Positions 40,213-50,437 of a stretch of 64,000 nucleotides of DNA are shown one piece after another. The position numbers were made by a program, and so were the translations under genes. The DNA comes from Planctomycetota bacterium (GTDB taxonomy: Bacteria; Planctomycetota; SZUA-567; H5-PLA8): the NCBI GenBank assembly GCA_045863855.1, contig BTVV01000017.1, positions 1 through 64,000 on the forward strand, given 5' to 3'. The notes beneath the pieces were generated by a model. The model was not told the origin of the DNA, did not search any database, and saw only the letters and a program-made list of their open reading frames with translations. Numbering within the stretch: position 1 is the stretch's first letter; every line of letters starts with the position of its first letter.

Positions 40213-41193
40213 ATGCGCGACTTCCGGAATTCAGTTTTAATGCGCCCGGCGGGCGCGAGGACCCGTCCAAGGAGTCTTGCGTTGGCCGTTTCCAGTTCCA
40301 AGACCGAAGCCGTGGAGCACGATGCGGCGGCGTTTCTCGAGCGCGCCCGCGTTTTCGTCGATGCCGAGTTGGATCGCTTCCTGCCGGCCGAATCGGATGT
40401 ACCCCAGACGCTTCACAAGGCCATGCGCTATTCGCTTTTCGCCGGCGGCAAACGCCTGCGGCCGGCTTTGGCCTTGGCCGCCAGCGAAGCAGTCGGCGGA
40501 ACCTTTGCCGACGCCGCACCTGTTGCCTGCACGGTCGAGATGATCCACACGTACTCCCTGATTCACGACGACCTCCCGGCCATGGACGACGACGACTTGC
40601 GCCGCGGACGCCCGACCTGCCACAAAGTCTTTGGCGATGCCATGGCGATCCTGGCGGGCGATGCGCTCCTGACCCTTGCTTTCGAAGCCCTTACCACATG
40701 TGCAAAAAAGGAACGTGTGGCTGAAATCGTTCGTGATGTCGCACGTGCATCCGGCACCCATGGCATGGTGGGTGGACAAGTGCTTGATATAGAAGGAGAG
40801 GGCCAGCCGGCCACTTTGGCCTCGGTTCGGGCGATCCACGAATGGAAAACGGCGGCGCTGATTGCCGGGAGCTGTACAGCGGGCGCGTTGGCTGGTGGCG
40901 CCACCCAAACAGAATACGAAAATATTGCCAACTTTGGAAAAAAGATAGGTCTGGCGTTCCAGATACTCGACGATATATTGGACGAGACCAGCTCGCCAGA
41001 ACAGCTAGGAAAGACGCCTGGTAAGGATGCCCAGGCAGGCAAGGCAACCTATCCACGTGTGATGGGCCTGGAGAAGGCGAAGGTAGAGGCCCAAAAGCTT
41101 GTGGATGAGGCCTTGGCGGAGCTCCATACGTTAGGTGCACGTGCGCAAACGTTGGAGCGGCTGGCGAAGTTTGTGGTGGAGAGAAGAAACTGA
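40213..41193 (+). CDS. ispA: Polyprenyl (farnesyl/geranylgeranyl) diphosphate synthase; start may be GTG 40312
   Basis: GGKRLRP, HTYSLIHDDLPAMDDDDLRRG, GQ.LD, KT, FQILDDILD, GKD. Confidence 0.93.
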   Translation: MRDFRNSVLMRPAGARTRPRSLALAVSSSKTEAVEHDAAAFLERARVFVDAELDRFLPAESDVPQTLHKAMRYSLFAGGKRLRPALALAASEAVGGTFADAAPVACTVEMIHTYSLIHDDLPAMDDDDLRRGRPTCHKVFGDAMAILAGDALLTLAFEALTTCAKKERVAEIVRDVARASGTHGMVGGQVLDIEGEGQPATLASVRAIHEWKTAALIAGSCTAGALAGGATQTEYENIANFGKKIGLAFQILDDILDETSSPEQLGKTPGKDAQAGKATYPRVMGLEKAKVEAQKLVDEALAELHTLGARAQTLERLAKFVVERRN

Positions 41194-41276
41194 AGGCGAC
41201 ACCCGTGAACGAGCGCCCGGTTGGAACCGTCGAGTCGGACGGAACGACCGTGATGCGGACCTCTAAGGAGGACGTG

Positions 41277-43289
41277 ATGAGCGGCAATCAAGGTGTGCTG
41301 GGCAACCAGGCTTCCAGCGCTTCGTCGGATGAGATTCTGCGCAAGGCCGCGCAGATCATCGGCGCGGAAGAGGCCGATATTCCCTGCCCGATTCCGCAGC
41401 CCTTCCTCGACCACATCAAAGGTCATGAGGACGTGGTTCGGATCCCCATGGCGCTCTTGCCCAAGCTGGCGCACGAGATCCGCGAGAAAATCCACGCGTC
41501 GGTAAAGGTGACGGGCGGGCACTTGGCGAGCAATCTGGGCGTCACGGAGCTGTCCATCGCACTGCACCGCGTTTTCGACTTCCGCAAAGACCGCCTGATC
41601 ATGGATGTCGGCCACCAGGTCTATCCGCACAAGATGCTGACGGGCCGCGCGGGGCGCTTCCATACGCTGCGCCAAGCCGACGGACTGGCCGGCTTTCCCG
41701 ACCACCGCGAAGATCCGGTCTACGACTTGTTCCATACCAGCCACGCGGGCATGGCGACGAGCATGACCTTGGGCATGGCCATCGCCGAACATCGCCGCGG
41801 GCTGAAGAACCACCACATCGCGCTGGTCGGCGATGGGGCGATGACGTGCGGCGCGACGTTCGAGGCGCTCAATCACGGCGGCCACATCCACGAAGACATG
41901 CTGGTGATCTTTAACGACAACGGCTGCAGCATCAGCGCCAACGTCGGCGCGCTCTCTTCGACGTGCAGCAAGATCCGCAAGACGGGCATCTTCAAGCGCG
42001 CGAAGGATTTCGGGCGCGAGGTGCTCGAAAAGATGCCCTACGGCAAGAACGCCGAGCGCATCGCCGAACAGATGCTGGGTGTGGCCAGCCACCTGACGCA
42101 TTCGCCCGGCGCGATTTTCATGGACTTGGGCTTCCGCTACTACGGTCCGGTGGACGGGCACGACTTCGAGTCGCTCCACGAGTGGCTGGAAGAGATGAAG
42201 TCGATCAAGGGTCCGAAGCTGCTCCACGTGGTCACGCACAAGGGCCGCGGCTTGCAGTGGGCGGAAGAAGATCCGATCAACTGGCACGGCGCGAAGCCCT
42301 ACGAAGTTCAAAACGGCACGGCGGTGATCAAGAAGTCGAGCAAGCCCGCGCCCGTCGATTACTGCAATGTCGTGAGCGATACGATTCTCAAGCGCGCCAA
42401 GGCCGACAAAAACATCGTTGCGATCACGGCCGCGATGGCCGAAGGCACGACGCTCTCGAAGGTGCGCAGCGAGTTGCCCGATCAGTTCATCGACGTGGGC
42501 ATCTGCGAGCAGCACGCCACGGCTCTGGCCGCGGCCATGCGCAAGGGCGGTGTCAACGCGGTTGCCTGTATTTACTCCAGTTTCCTGCAGCGCGCAGTGG
42601 ACCAGCTCTTCCACGAAGTCAGCCTACAGGACGGCATTCCGATCACGATCTGCATGGACCGCGCGGGGCTGTGCGGAGACGACGGCGCTACGGCCAACGG
42701 CGTCTTCGATCTGGCCTACATGCGCGCGTTCCCGCACTTCGTCCTGATGGCTCCGAAGGACGGAGTCGAGACCGAAGCGATGGTCAACTGGGCGATCGAT
42801 TCGGACAAGCCCTGCTTCATCCGCACGCCGAAGGAACCCAGCGCGCTGGCGATGACGAAGGAATTCAAGCCGCTCGAACTGGGCAAGGGCGAGATCGTGC
42901 GCCAGGGCGAAGGCCAAGTGGCTTTCCTCGCGTACGGAGCGATGGTAGTGCGCTGCATGCAGGCCGCCGAAAAGCTTGAGAAGGAACACGGCATCAAGGC
43001 GACCGTCGCGAACGCGCGTTTCTGCAAGCCGCTGGACACCGAACTGGTGGCGCAGCTCCTGGACGGCCATCAGCAGGTCTTCACGGCCGAAGACCACCAG
43101 CTCCAGAACGGCTTCGGAACCGCCGTACTGGAAGCCTGCAACGACCTGAGCCTCGATACGCGGAAGATTACGCGGCTGGGCATCCCGGACCTGTACGTCT
43201 ACCACGGCAAGCGCGACTGGCAGTTGGCGCAGGTCGGGCTGGACTGTGACGGGATCGTGGCTTCGGTCCTGAAGAAGGTCAAAAAGTAA
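41277..43289 (+). CDS. dxs: 1-deoxy-D-xylulose-5-phosphate synthase
   Basis: GGHLASNLG, DVGHQ.YPHK, GDGA, NDN, YYGPVDGH, DVGICEQH, YSSFLQR, DRAG; TAAGGAGG RBS. Confidence 0.96.
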   Translation: MSGNQGVLGNQASSASSDEILRKAAQIIGAEEADIPCPIPQPFLDHIKGHEDVVRIPMALLPKLAHEIREKIHASVKVTGGHLASNLGVTELSIALHRVFDFRKDRLIMDVGHQVYPHKMLTGRAGRFHTLRQADGLAGFPDHREDPVYDLFHTSHAGMATSMTLGMAIAEHRRGLKNHHIALVGDGAMTCGATFEALNHGGHIHEDMLVIFNDNGCSISANVGALSSTCSKIRKTGIFKRAKDFGREVLEKMPYGKNAERIAEQMLGVASHLTHSPGAIFMDLGFRYYGPVDGHDFESLHEWLEEMKSIKGPKLLHVVTHKGRGLQWAEEDPINWHGAKPYEVQNGTAVIKKSSKPAPVDYCNVVSDTILKRAKADKNIVAITAAMAEGTTLSKVRSELPDQFIDVGICEQHATALAAAMRKGGVNAVACIYSSFLQRAVDQLFHEVSLQDGIPITICMDRAGLCGDDGATANGVFDLAYMRAFPHFVLMAPKDGVETEAMVNWAIDSDKPCFIRTPKEPSALAMTKEFKPLELGKGEIVRQGEGQVAFLAYGAMVVRCMQAAEKLEKEHGIKATVANARFCKPLDTELVAQLLDGHQQVFTAEDHQLQNGFGTAVLEACNDLSLDTRKITRLGIPDLYVYHGKRDWQLAQVGLDCDGIVASVLKKVKK

Positions 43290-43312
43290 CGCTTCGATGC
43301 CTGCGGGCTTAT

Positions 43313-43352
43313 ACGGGGCGGGGCGCGGCAAGCGTCCCGCCCCGTTTTGTTT
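43313..43352 (+). terminator. Intrinsic terminator after dxs
   Basis: ACGGGGCGGGGCGC-GGCAA-GCGTCCCGCCCCGT followed by TTTGTTT. Confidence 0.7.
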
Positions 43353-43439
43353 GGGGCGGAATTTCCGCCGCACGTGACGCCGCATCCCCGGTGCGTTATC
43401 CTCTTCTTCGGGTGATCGGCTACGAACGGGGAGCGGCGC

Positions 43440-44363
43440 ATGGCAGAACAGCTCGGCTATTTCGACCTGCAGAACAACGGCTACAAGGGCATCGATTTCC
43501 ACAAGGACGACTTGACTGGCGAGGAACTCCGCCATGTCTGCAACGCGTTGAAGGCGGACGGCAACGACGGCTTTCTGCTCACCATCACGACCGAGCACAT
43601 CGGCATGATGTGCGACCGTCTCAGCCGCGTGGCGAAGCTGCGCGCGCAGGACAAGCTGCTCCAGGCGATGATCTGGGGCATTCACATCGAAGGGCCGTTC
43701 CTGAACGAAGAGCCCGGCTACAAAGGCGCGCATCCGGTGGATGCGATTCATCCGGCGAATGTGGACGAAATGAAGCGCCTTCTCGATGCCGCGGAAGGGT
43801 TGACGAAGCTGGTGACCCTGGCGCCCGAGCGCGATCCGGGCTTCGCGACGACGAAGTTTCTGCGCAGCCAGAAGGTGGTGGTGAGCGCCGGGCACTGCAA
43901 CGCGACGCTGGATGAACTGAAAGCCGGGATCGAAGCGGGCGTCTCTATGTTCACGCATCTGGGCAATGGTTGCCCGATGCAGATGCACCGGCACGAGAAT
44001 ATCGTTCAGCGCGCGCTGAGCCTGTACAAGCACCTGTGGCTGTGCTTCATCCCGGATGGGGCGCACGTGGCATTTCCGGCGTTGGGAAATTATCTGCGCG
44101 CGGCGGGCTTCGAACGGACGTGCGTCGTGACCGATGCCATCGCGGCGGCCGGGATGGGTCCGGGGCGGTATAAGCTGGGGCGCTGGGATCTGACGCTGGG
44201 CGAGGACATGGTCGCCCGCGCGCCGGACGGCAGCCATCTGGTCGGGGCGGCGATCACGATGCCGCAGTGCGAGAAGAACCTGATCGAAAAGGTGGGCCTG
44301 ACGCGCGAAGAGGCACGGAGGCTGTTGTGCGTGAACCCGCGAAAGGCGATGGGGTTGGCTTGA
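43440..44363 (+). CDS. nagA: N-acetylglucosamine-6-phosphate deacetylase-like amidohydrolase
   Basis: DLQNNG, HIEGPFL, GAH, TLAPE, AGH, THLGN, DGAH, VTDA. Confidence 0.85.
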   Translation: MAEQLGYFDLQNNGYKGIDFHKDDLTGEELRHVCNALKADGNDGFLLTITTEHIGMMCDRLSRVAKLRAQDKLLQAMIWGIHIEGPFLNEEPGYKGAHPVDAIHPANVDEMKRLLDAAEGLTKLVTLAPERDPGFATTKFLRSQKVVVSAGHCNATLDELKAGIEAGVSMFTHLGNGCPMQMHRHENIVQRALSLYKHLWLCFIPDGAHVAFPALGNYLRAAGFERTCVVTDAIAAAGMGPGRYKLGRWDLTLGEDMVARAPDGSHLVGAAITMPQCEKNLIEKVGLTREEARRLLCVNPRKAMGLA

Positions 44364-44420
44364 ATGGAAGTTCGAACCTTGTTTGCGACATACCATAACT
44401 GAAGGACCGGAGACTACGCC

Positions 44421-45602
44421 ATGTCCAGCCCCGTGATTCTGTCCGCCGTCCGTACGCCGATCGGGAAGTTTCTCGGAGGCTTATCCGGGTTGACCGCCAC
44501 CGAACTGGGTGCGCGGGTCTATAAAGAGGCGCTGGCGCGCGCCGGGGTAGCGCCCGAACTGGTTGACGAAGCGATCCTGGGTAACGTGCTCACGGCCGGG
44601 TTGGGGCAGGCCCCGGCACGGCAGGCGGCGTTGAAGGCCGGTTGTCCGGAATCGATCCCCGCTTTCGCCGTGAATAAGGTTTGCGGCTCGGGCCTGAAGG
44701 CAGTGATGCTGGCCGCTCAGGCAATCAAGGCTGGCGACGCGAAGGCCGTCCTCGCGGGCGGCGCCGAGAGCATGTCCAACTCGCCGCATTTGATCCGAAG
44801 GCATCGCGCGGGGAACCCGTACGGGCATGGGATTCTGGAAGATACCCTCCTGACCGACGGCCTCGAATGCGCTTTCGAGAAGTGGCATATGGGCAGCGCG
44901 GCGGAGCACATCGCCAAACGCTTCGACGTTTCGCGCGAGGATATGGACCGCTTCGCCTACGAGAGCCACCGGCGCGCCGTAGCCGCGCAGGAAGCGGGAT
45001 TGTTCAAAAAGGAAATGGTGGCCGTCGAGATCGCGCAGCGTAAGGGACCGGCCATGGTGGCGGATAAGGACGAGAGCCCCCGCGCGGATACGTCGCTGGA
45101 GCGGTTGGCGAAGCTGCCGCCGGCCTTCCAGAAGGACGGCTGCGTGACAGCCGGAAACGCGAGTTCGCTTAACGACGGCGCCGCGGCGCTGCTGGTGGCC
45201 GACGAAACCTGGTCCAAGGAACAGGGCAAGAAGCCGATCGGCCGGATTCTCGCCTACGCCACAGCGGGCGTCGCGCCGAAGGATATCTTTCACGCGCCTT
45301 CCCTGGCCGTGCCCGCGGCGTTGGCCAAGGCGGGATATAAGTTGTCCGATGTGGACTTGTTCGAACTGAACGAAGCCTTCGCCGCGCAGGCAGTCGCGAA
45401 CGTCAAGCATATGGAAATCGATCCGGCCAAAGTGAACGTGCACGGCGGCGCGGTGGCGCTGGGGCATCCGATCGGAGCCAGCGGCGCTCGGGTGCTGGTG
45501 ACGCTGCTGCATGCGCTGGAAGCCCGCGGCGGAAAGTTGGGCGTGGCGAGCCTGTGCTTGGGCGGCGGGAACGCGGTGGCGCTGGTCGTGGAGCGGGTTT
45601 AA
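44421..45602 (+). CDS. atoB: Acetyl-CoA acetyltransferase (thiolase)
   Basis: NKVCGSG, NEAFAAQ, GHPIGASG, CLGGG. Confidence 0.93.
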   Translation: MSSPVILSAVRTPIGKFLGGLSGLTATELGARVYKEALARAGVAPELVDEAILGNVLTAGLGQAPARQAALKAGCPESIPAFAVNKVCGSGLKAVMLAAQAIKAGDAKAVLAGGAESMSNSPHLIRRHRAGNPYGHGILEDTLLTDGLECAFEKWHMGSAAEHIAKRFDVSREDMDRFAYESHRRAVAAQEAGLFKKEMVAVEIAQRKGPAMVADKDESPRADTSLERLAKLPPAFQKDGCVTAGNASSLNDGAAALLVADETWSKEQGKKPIGRILAYATAGVAPKDIFHAPSLAVPAALAKAGYKLSDVDLFELNEAFAAQAVANVKHMEIDPAKVNVHGGAVALGHPIGASGARVLVTLLHALEARGGKLGVASLCLGGGNAVALVVERV

Positions 45603-45607
45603 GCGCG

Positions 45608-46447
45608 TTAGCCCGTCCGCCAACTGAACTCCGGCTTCCACTTCAACAGTCGTTCGGCTTTCGAAAGATCGTAGAACCCGGCGAATCCTTCCAGCGGCTT
45701 GCGTAGCGGCACGCCGGGGTGGAAGGTTCGCGCCAATTCGGCCGACGGAAGCAGCGCGGTGGAATCGGCCGCGACGATGAAAAACGCTTCGTGGCCTTTC
45801 CAGTCCGCATCCAGCGCCAAACGGTTGGCGCGCACGACGTCGCGCATATCCACATAACCCCACAGATGCTTCGCGCCGTCGGCCGGGTTGCTTTCCTGTT
45901 TTCGCTTGCGCCATTCCGCATAGCGCTCCGGCGCGACGACCCCGTGGTAGCGCAGGCTCGAAATGGTCAATTGCTCGTAGCGCCGCGCAAAGCTGTCGGC
46001 CGTCGCTTCGCCCAGCCATTTGCTGAGGCCGTAGCATTCTTCGTTGTAGGTCGGATGCGCCTCGTCGAGCGGCAGGTAGTCGAAGCGCGCCGCGCGGCTG
46101 TACGAAAGCCCCGTCGCGTTCACGCTGCTGGCGAGACAGATCTTCTTCATCCCCAGGATCCGCGCGGCTTCGAGGATATGGTACGTGCCGAGGACATTCG
46201 TGGCAAAAACCTGGTGGCCGGGCATGCCGAAGGGGGAGGGGATGGCGCCGAGGTGGACGACGGCTTCGCAGCCGTCGAGGGCGCCGACGGTCTGCCCGAA
46301 ATCGCTGAGGTCGGCGCGGCGGCGGTCGGGAGCGTGAACTTCGGTGCTGCGCAGGTCGATCGCGCGGACCTTGTGGCCATGCGCTTCCAGATCGGCGAGC
46401 GTGGCTTTGCCCACCGTTCCGCTGCTGCCCGTGACCGCGATCTTCAT
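45608..46447 (-). CDS. NAD-dependent epimerase/dehydratase (extended SDR)
   Basis: VTGSSGTVG, ASS, YGLSK. Confidence 0.88.
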   Translation of the reverse strand: MKIAVTGSSGTVGKATLADLEAHGHKVRAIDLRSTEVHAPDRRRADLSDFGQTVGALDGCEAVVHLGAIPSPFGMPGHQVFATNVLGTYHILEAARILGMKKICLASSVNATGLSYSRAARFDYLPLDEAHPTYNEECYGLSKWLGEATADSFARRYEQLTISSLRYHGVVAPERYAEWRKRKQESNPADGAKHLWGYVDMRDVVRANRLALDADWKGHEAFFIVAADSTALLPSAELARTFHPGVPLRKPLEGFAGFYDLSKAERLLKWKPEFSWRTG

Positions 46448-46463
46448 GAGAGTCCTTTGACGC

Positions 46464-47252
46464 CTATGATTTCCGCGGCTGCTCGGATTTAAGCACGCTC
46501 AACACTTCGTCGTACAGCGCCGCGTTGGTCGCGAATGCGTCCTTGCCTCGGATCGTCGCTTCGCCTTGCCAAGTGGCGAAATGCCCGCCGGCTTCCTGCA
46601 AGATGGGCAGAAGCGGCGCGCAATCCCACGGATGCATGGCGGGATCGAGCATCACGTCCGCGCGGCCGGTCGCGACGAGGGCGTAGCCGCACGCGTCGCC
46701 CCACGTCCGCACGAGGCGGGCTTGCGCGGCCAGACGGTCGTAGGCGTCGGAGCGCTGCTGGCACATGCGCACGTCGCTGGTGAGCAAGGACGCTTCCGAA
46801 AGCTGGGCGACGTTCGAGACGCGGCAGGGCCGACCGTTCCAGCGGCAGCCCAGGCCGTCCGCGGCGGCGATCATCTCACCTTGCGCGGGCAGGTACACGA
46901 CCCCCACCGCGGCCTTGCCGTACACTTCGATACCAATCAACGTGCCGTAGAGGGGCACGCCGGCCACGAACGATTTGGTCCCGTCGATGGGATCGACGAT
47001 CCAGCGGTAATTCGCGTCGCCGGCCTGTTCGCCGTACTCCTCACCCACGATGGCGTGCCCGGGGTAGCGCTTCTGGACGAAGGCGCGAATGAGCTGTTCG
47101 GCTTCACGGTCGGCGCGCGTGACGGGCGTCGCGTCGGCCTTCGTTTCGACCTCCACGCCGGCGTTGAAGTACGCGAGCGTGCGGCGTCCGGCCAGATACG
47201 CGGCCTCCATGGCGGCATCGAGGAGTTCTTGCAAGGACGGTGCGGCGGCCAC
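46464..47252 (-). CDS. hisN: Histidinol-phosphate phosphatase, inositol monophosphatase family
   Basis: TPVTRADREAE, GEE, WIVDPIDGTKSF, WGD, WDCA..EAGG. Confidence 0.8.
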   Translation of the reverse strand: MAAAPSLQELLDAAMEAAYLAGRRTLAYFNAGVEVETKADATPVTRADREAEQLIRAFVQKRYPGHAIVGEEYGEQAGDANYRWIVDPIDGTKSFVAGVPLYGTLIGIEVYGKAAVGVVYLPAQGEMIAAADGLGCRWNGRPCRVSNVAQLSEASLLTSDVRMCQQRSDAYDRLAAQARLVRTWGDACGYALVATGRADVMLDPAMHPWDCAPLLPILQEAGGHFATWQGEATIRGKDAFATNAALYDEVLSVLKSEQPRKS

Positions 47253-47264
47253 GGGTGCTCCTTA

Positions 47265-48041
47265 TTAGGCGTGCTTGAAGTTCGCGGGGCGCTTCTCGAC
47301 GAAGGCAGCCATCCCTTCCTGCGCTTCGCCGTCTTTGAAACAGGCCGCGAAAGCCTGGGCTTCCAACGGCATGCCTTCGGACTGCGGCTTCTGCAGGGCT
47401 TCGCGCGTCGCGCGCTTGGCCAGGCGCACGGCGCCGGGGCCCTTGGCCAGAACCGTCTGCGCGAGCTTGCGGGCAGTATCGAGCAGTTGTTCGGGCGGCA
47501 AGACCTGCGTCACCAGCCCCAAGCGCAGCGCGTCTTCGGCGGAAATGGCCTCGCCGCTGAGGATCAGATGCAGCGCCGGTCCCAGGCCGACGACTCGCGG
47601 GAGGCGCTGCGAACCGCCAAAGCCGGGAATCAGCCCCAAGTTGACTTCGGGCTGGCCGAGTTTGGTCCCCGCCGCCGCGAGACGGATGTCGCAGGCGAGC
47701 GCCAGTTCGCACCCGCCGCCCAGCGCCGCGCCGTGCAGCGCCGCGATGGAGACGATCCCGCTCGACTCGATGGCGTCGAAGAGCCTCTGGCCGCGTTCGG
47801 CGAAGCGCTGCGCGCCGGATACGTCGAGTTGCGCCATTTCCTTAATGTCCGCTCCGGCCAGAAAGACCTTGCCGTCGCCGTGCAGAATGCAAACGCGCGC
47901 GCGGCCGCCGGCTTCCAATTCCTTCCAGGCGGCCTCCAACTCGTTCAGAACTTCGGACGAAAGGATGTTCAGGCCCTTTTCGCGCGCGAAGGCGATCGTC
48001 GCGAGGGCACCGTCTTGGGTGAGGCGCAGGAAATTCGGCAT
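47265..48041 (-). CDS. crt: Enoyl-CoA hydratase (crotonase)
   Basis: FLAGADI, ALGGGCELALACD, GQPEVNLGLIPGFGG. Confidence 0.9.
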   Translation of the reverse strand: MPNFLRLTQDGALATIAFAREKGLNILSSEVLNELEAAWKELEAGGRARVCILHGDGKVFLAGADIKEMAQLDVSGAQRFAERGQRLFDAIESSGIVSIAALHGAALGGGCELALACDIRLAAAGTKLGQPEVNLGLIPGFGGSQRLPRVVGLGPALHLILSGEAISAEDALRLGLVTQVLPPEQLLDTARKLAQTVLAKGPGAVRLAKRATREALQKPQSEGMPLEAQAFAACFKDGEAQEGMAAFVEKRPANFKHA

Positions 48042-48061
48042 GGGCAGCTCCGGAACCGCAT

Positions 48062-48919
48062 TCACTCGTTGTAGGCGTAAAACCCGTGCTTCGTCTTCCG
48101 GCCCAGTTTGCCGGCGGCGACCATCTGCTTCAGGAGCGGGCAAGGACGATACTTCGGATCGCCGAAGCCTTCGTGCAGGACGTTCATGATATCCAGGCAG
48201 ACGTCGAGCCCGATGAAATCGGCCAGCGTGAGCGGCCCCATCGGATGCGCCATGCCGAGCTTGAAAACTTCGTCGACGGCTTCCGGAGTCGCCACGCCTT
48301 CGAAGACCGCGAAGATGGCTTCGTTGATCAGCGGCATCAGCACGCGGTTGCTCACGAAGCCCGGGTAATCGTTCACTTCGACCGGGGACTTTCCGAGTTC
48401 ACGGGAGAGTTCCACGACGATCCGGTTGGTCTCGGCGCCGGTCTTGTTGCCGCGGATCACTTCGACGAGTTTCATGACCGGCACGGGATTGAAGAAGTGC
48501 ATGCCGATAAACAATTCCGGGCGCTGGGTGGCGCTGGCGAGCTTGGTGATCGAGATGCTGCTGGTGTTGCTGGCAAAAAGCACGCCCGGCGGGCAGAGGC
48601 TTTCGAGCGCGTGCCAAGTGTCGAGCTTGATCGATTCCTTTTCGAAAATGGCTTCGATGACGAGCTGCGCGTCCTTCGCGGCGGCCATTTCCGGTGCCGG
48701 GCGGATGCGCGTGAGCGCGGCCTCGGCGTCGGCCTGAGTGAGCGCACCCTTCTTGACCATGCGCCGCAGCGAATCCTGCACCTTCACGCGCGCCGCTTCG
48801 AGCTGCGCGGGCCCGGTGTCGATCAGCGTCACCTGCTTGCCGGCCGCCGCGCAGACTTGCGCGATGCCCGAGCCCATGGTGCCCGCGCCGATTACCGCGA
48901 TTCGTTCGATGCCGCCCAT
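48062..48919 (-). CDS. hbd: 3-hydroxybutyryl-CoA dehydrogenase
   Basis: GAGTMGSG, ASNTSS, GMHFFNP, PGFVSNR, HPMGP. Confidence 0.93.
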   Translation of the reverse strand: MGGIERIAVIGAGTMGSGIAQVCAAAGKQVTLIDTGPAQLEAARVKVQDSLRRMVKKGALTQADAEAALTRIRPAPEMAAAKDAQLVIEAIFEKESIKLDTWHALESLCPPGVLFASNTSSISITKLASATQRPELFIGMHFFNPVPVMKLVEVIRGNKTGAETNRIVVELSRELGKSPVEVNDYPGFVSNRVLMPLINEAIFAVFEGVATPEAVDEVFKLGMAHPMGPLTLADFIGLDVCLDIMNVLHEGFGDPKYRPCPLLKQMVAAGKLGRKTKHGFYAYNE

Positions 48920-48931
48920 CGGACCTCCCGC

Positions 48932-49642
48932 TTACTTGCCATCCGCCGCGCGCACGGTCTGTTCGATCACGATCTTCAGGGCCGCTTTCAGCTTCTCCGC
49001 CGTGAACGTCCCGCCGGCCGGATCGGGCGTGCCGAAATCGGGTACGTGTACGAAGCCGCGGCGCACCAACGGCGGCGCATTCTCGCCGCGTGGCAGCGCC
49101 ATCAGCCGGTAAAAGCATTCATTGCAGAGATAACCGCCGGCGTCGTCGCTGCTGGCCGAACCGATCTTCGCTTCCTTTAAGGCCGCCAGAATTTCGGCCG
49201 TAGGCAGCGAGGTGGGAAGTTCCGCCGCGCCTTTGGGATCGATTTGGCTGCGCGAAGGGCGCACTCCTTTGTTGTCCGGCGGGCGCATGGGGTGGTAACC
49301 GTTGCGCGCAAGCGTCTCGATCCGAACGACCTCGGTCCCGACGCCGCAGGAGATTACGGCGCGCGGCTTGTGCTTCGAGATGGCGGCGTAGAGCGGTTCG
49401 GTCATTTCGTCGTACACCACCGGCAGCAGCGCGGTCACGATGCGATATCCACCGATCTCCTGGCCTTCGAACGTCTTGACCGTCTCCCAACTCGCGTTGA
49501 CCTTGAGACCGCCGAATGGCTCGAACCCGGTCAGCAGCAGGACAGGTTTTTCGGGCGCGGCTTCTTCTGCCGTCTGTCCGGCCGATGATAGGATCGCGGC
49601 GGCGAGCAGGAATAGAAGGAAGGTTCGTTTCGATAGCGGCAT
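48932..49642 (-). CDS. pcp: Pyroglutamyl peptidase I (C15) with signal peptide
   Basis: LLTGFEPFGG..NAS, RIE, AGGYLCN, GFVHVP. Confidence 0.88.
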   Translation of the reverse strand: MPLSKRTFLLFLLAAAILSSAGQTAEEAAPEKPVLLLTGFEPFGGLKVNASWETVKTFEGQEIGGYRIVTALLPVVYDEMTEPLYAAISKHKPRAVISCGVGTEVVRIETLARNGYHPMRPPDNKGVRPSRSQIDPKGAAELPTSLPTAEILAALKEAKIGSASSDDAGGYLCNECFYRLMALPRGENAPPLVRRGFVHVPDFGTPDPAGGTFTAEKLKAALKIVIEQTVRAADGK

Positions 49643-49657
49643 TCGAGCACCTCTTGT

Positions 49658-50095
49658 CTATACGCCGCGCGCTTCTTTCGCGGCAAAATGCCGGTCGAGG
49701 AACTCCACGATCTGCTGCGTGCTGGTGCCGGGGCCGAAGATCGCGCCGACGCCGAGATTTTTCAGTTCCTGCTCGTCTTGCGGCGGAATGATTCCGCCGC
49801 CGAAGACCAGCACATCGCCCAGCCCTTCGCGCTTCAGGCCTTCCATCACGACCGGAAAGAGCGTCATGTGCGCACCGCTGAGGATCGAGAGGCCGACGGC
49901 TTCGACGTCTTCTTGCAGCGCAGCTTCGACGACGGCCTCGGGATCCTGGTGCAGCCCCGTGTAAATCACTTCGTAGCCGGCCTCGGTGAGGGCTCGGACA
50001 ACCACCTTGGCGCCGCGGTCGTGCCCGTCCAGCCCGGGCTTGGCGACGAGGATGCGGTGTCTGCGGGACGGCTTGGGTGCGTTCGAATCGGTCAT
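49658..50095 (-). CDS. icmB: B12-binding small subunit of acyl-CoA mutase
   Basis: [33 protein letters not shown]. Confidence 0.85.
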   Translation of the reverse strand: MTDSNAPKPSRRHRILVAKPGLDGHDRGAKVVVRALTEAGYEVIYTGLHQDPEAVVEAALQEDVEAVGLSILSGAHMTLFPVVMEGLKREGLGDVLVFGGGIIPPQDEQELKNLGVGAIFGPGTSTQQIVEFLDRHFAAKEARGV

Positions 50096-50160
50096 GTTTA
50101 CCTTTTAGCCGCCCCCTTGAGCGCCTGCAACTCAACCCGAAGGGAATGCGACGCGTGCAG

Positions 50161-50391
50161 TCAGCGGGACATCAGCCAATTCCAGACGGTAATCAGGAGC
50201 GGCAGGACCAGTGCGAGCACGACCAGCCACCCGGCGATCAGGAATACGCGCGGGATGCGGCGTTCGTCTTCGGCGCCCAGCCCGAAGCGGCCCTTCCCGT
50301 CGGTATAGTGCCCGCAGTACGGGCATTCGGCCACGTCGGGAAAGATGCTTCGATTGCAGTACGTGCAGGTGTCGTATTCGCCAGGGTCCAT
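50161..50391 (-). CDS. Small zinc-ribbon protein with C-terminal TM
   Basis: CTYC..CPYC followed by hydrophobic helix. Confidence 0.75.
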   Translation of the reverse strand: MDPGEYDTCTYCNRSIFPDVAECPYCGHYTDGKGRFGLGAEDERRIPRVFLIAGWLVVLALVLPLLITVWNWLMSR

Positions 50392-50437
50392 GCGTGGCGT
50401 TCAATCCTGCAGAAAGGCGCGTAGGGCCGACGGCCGG

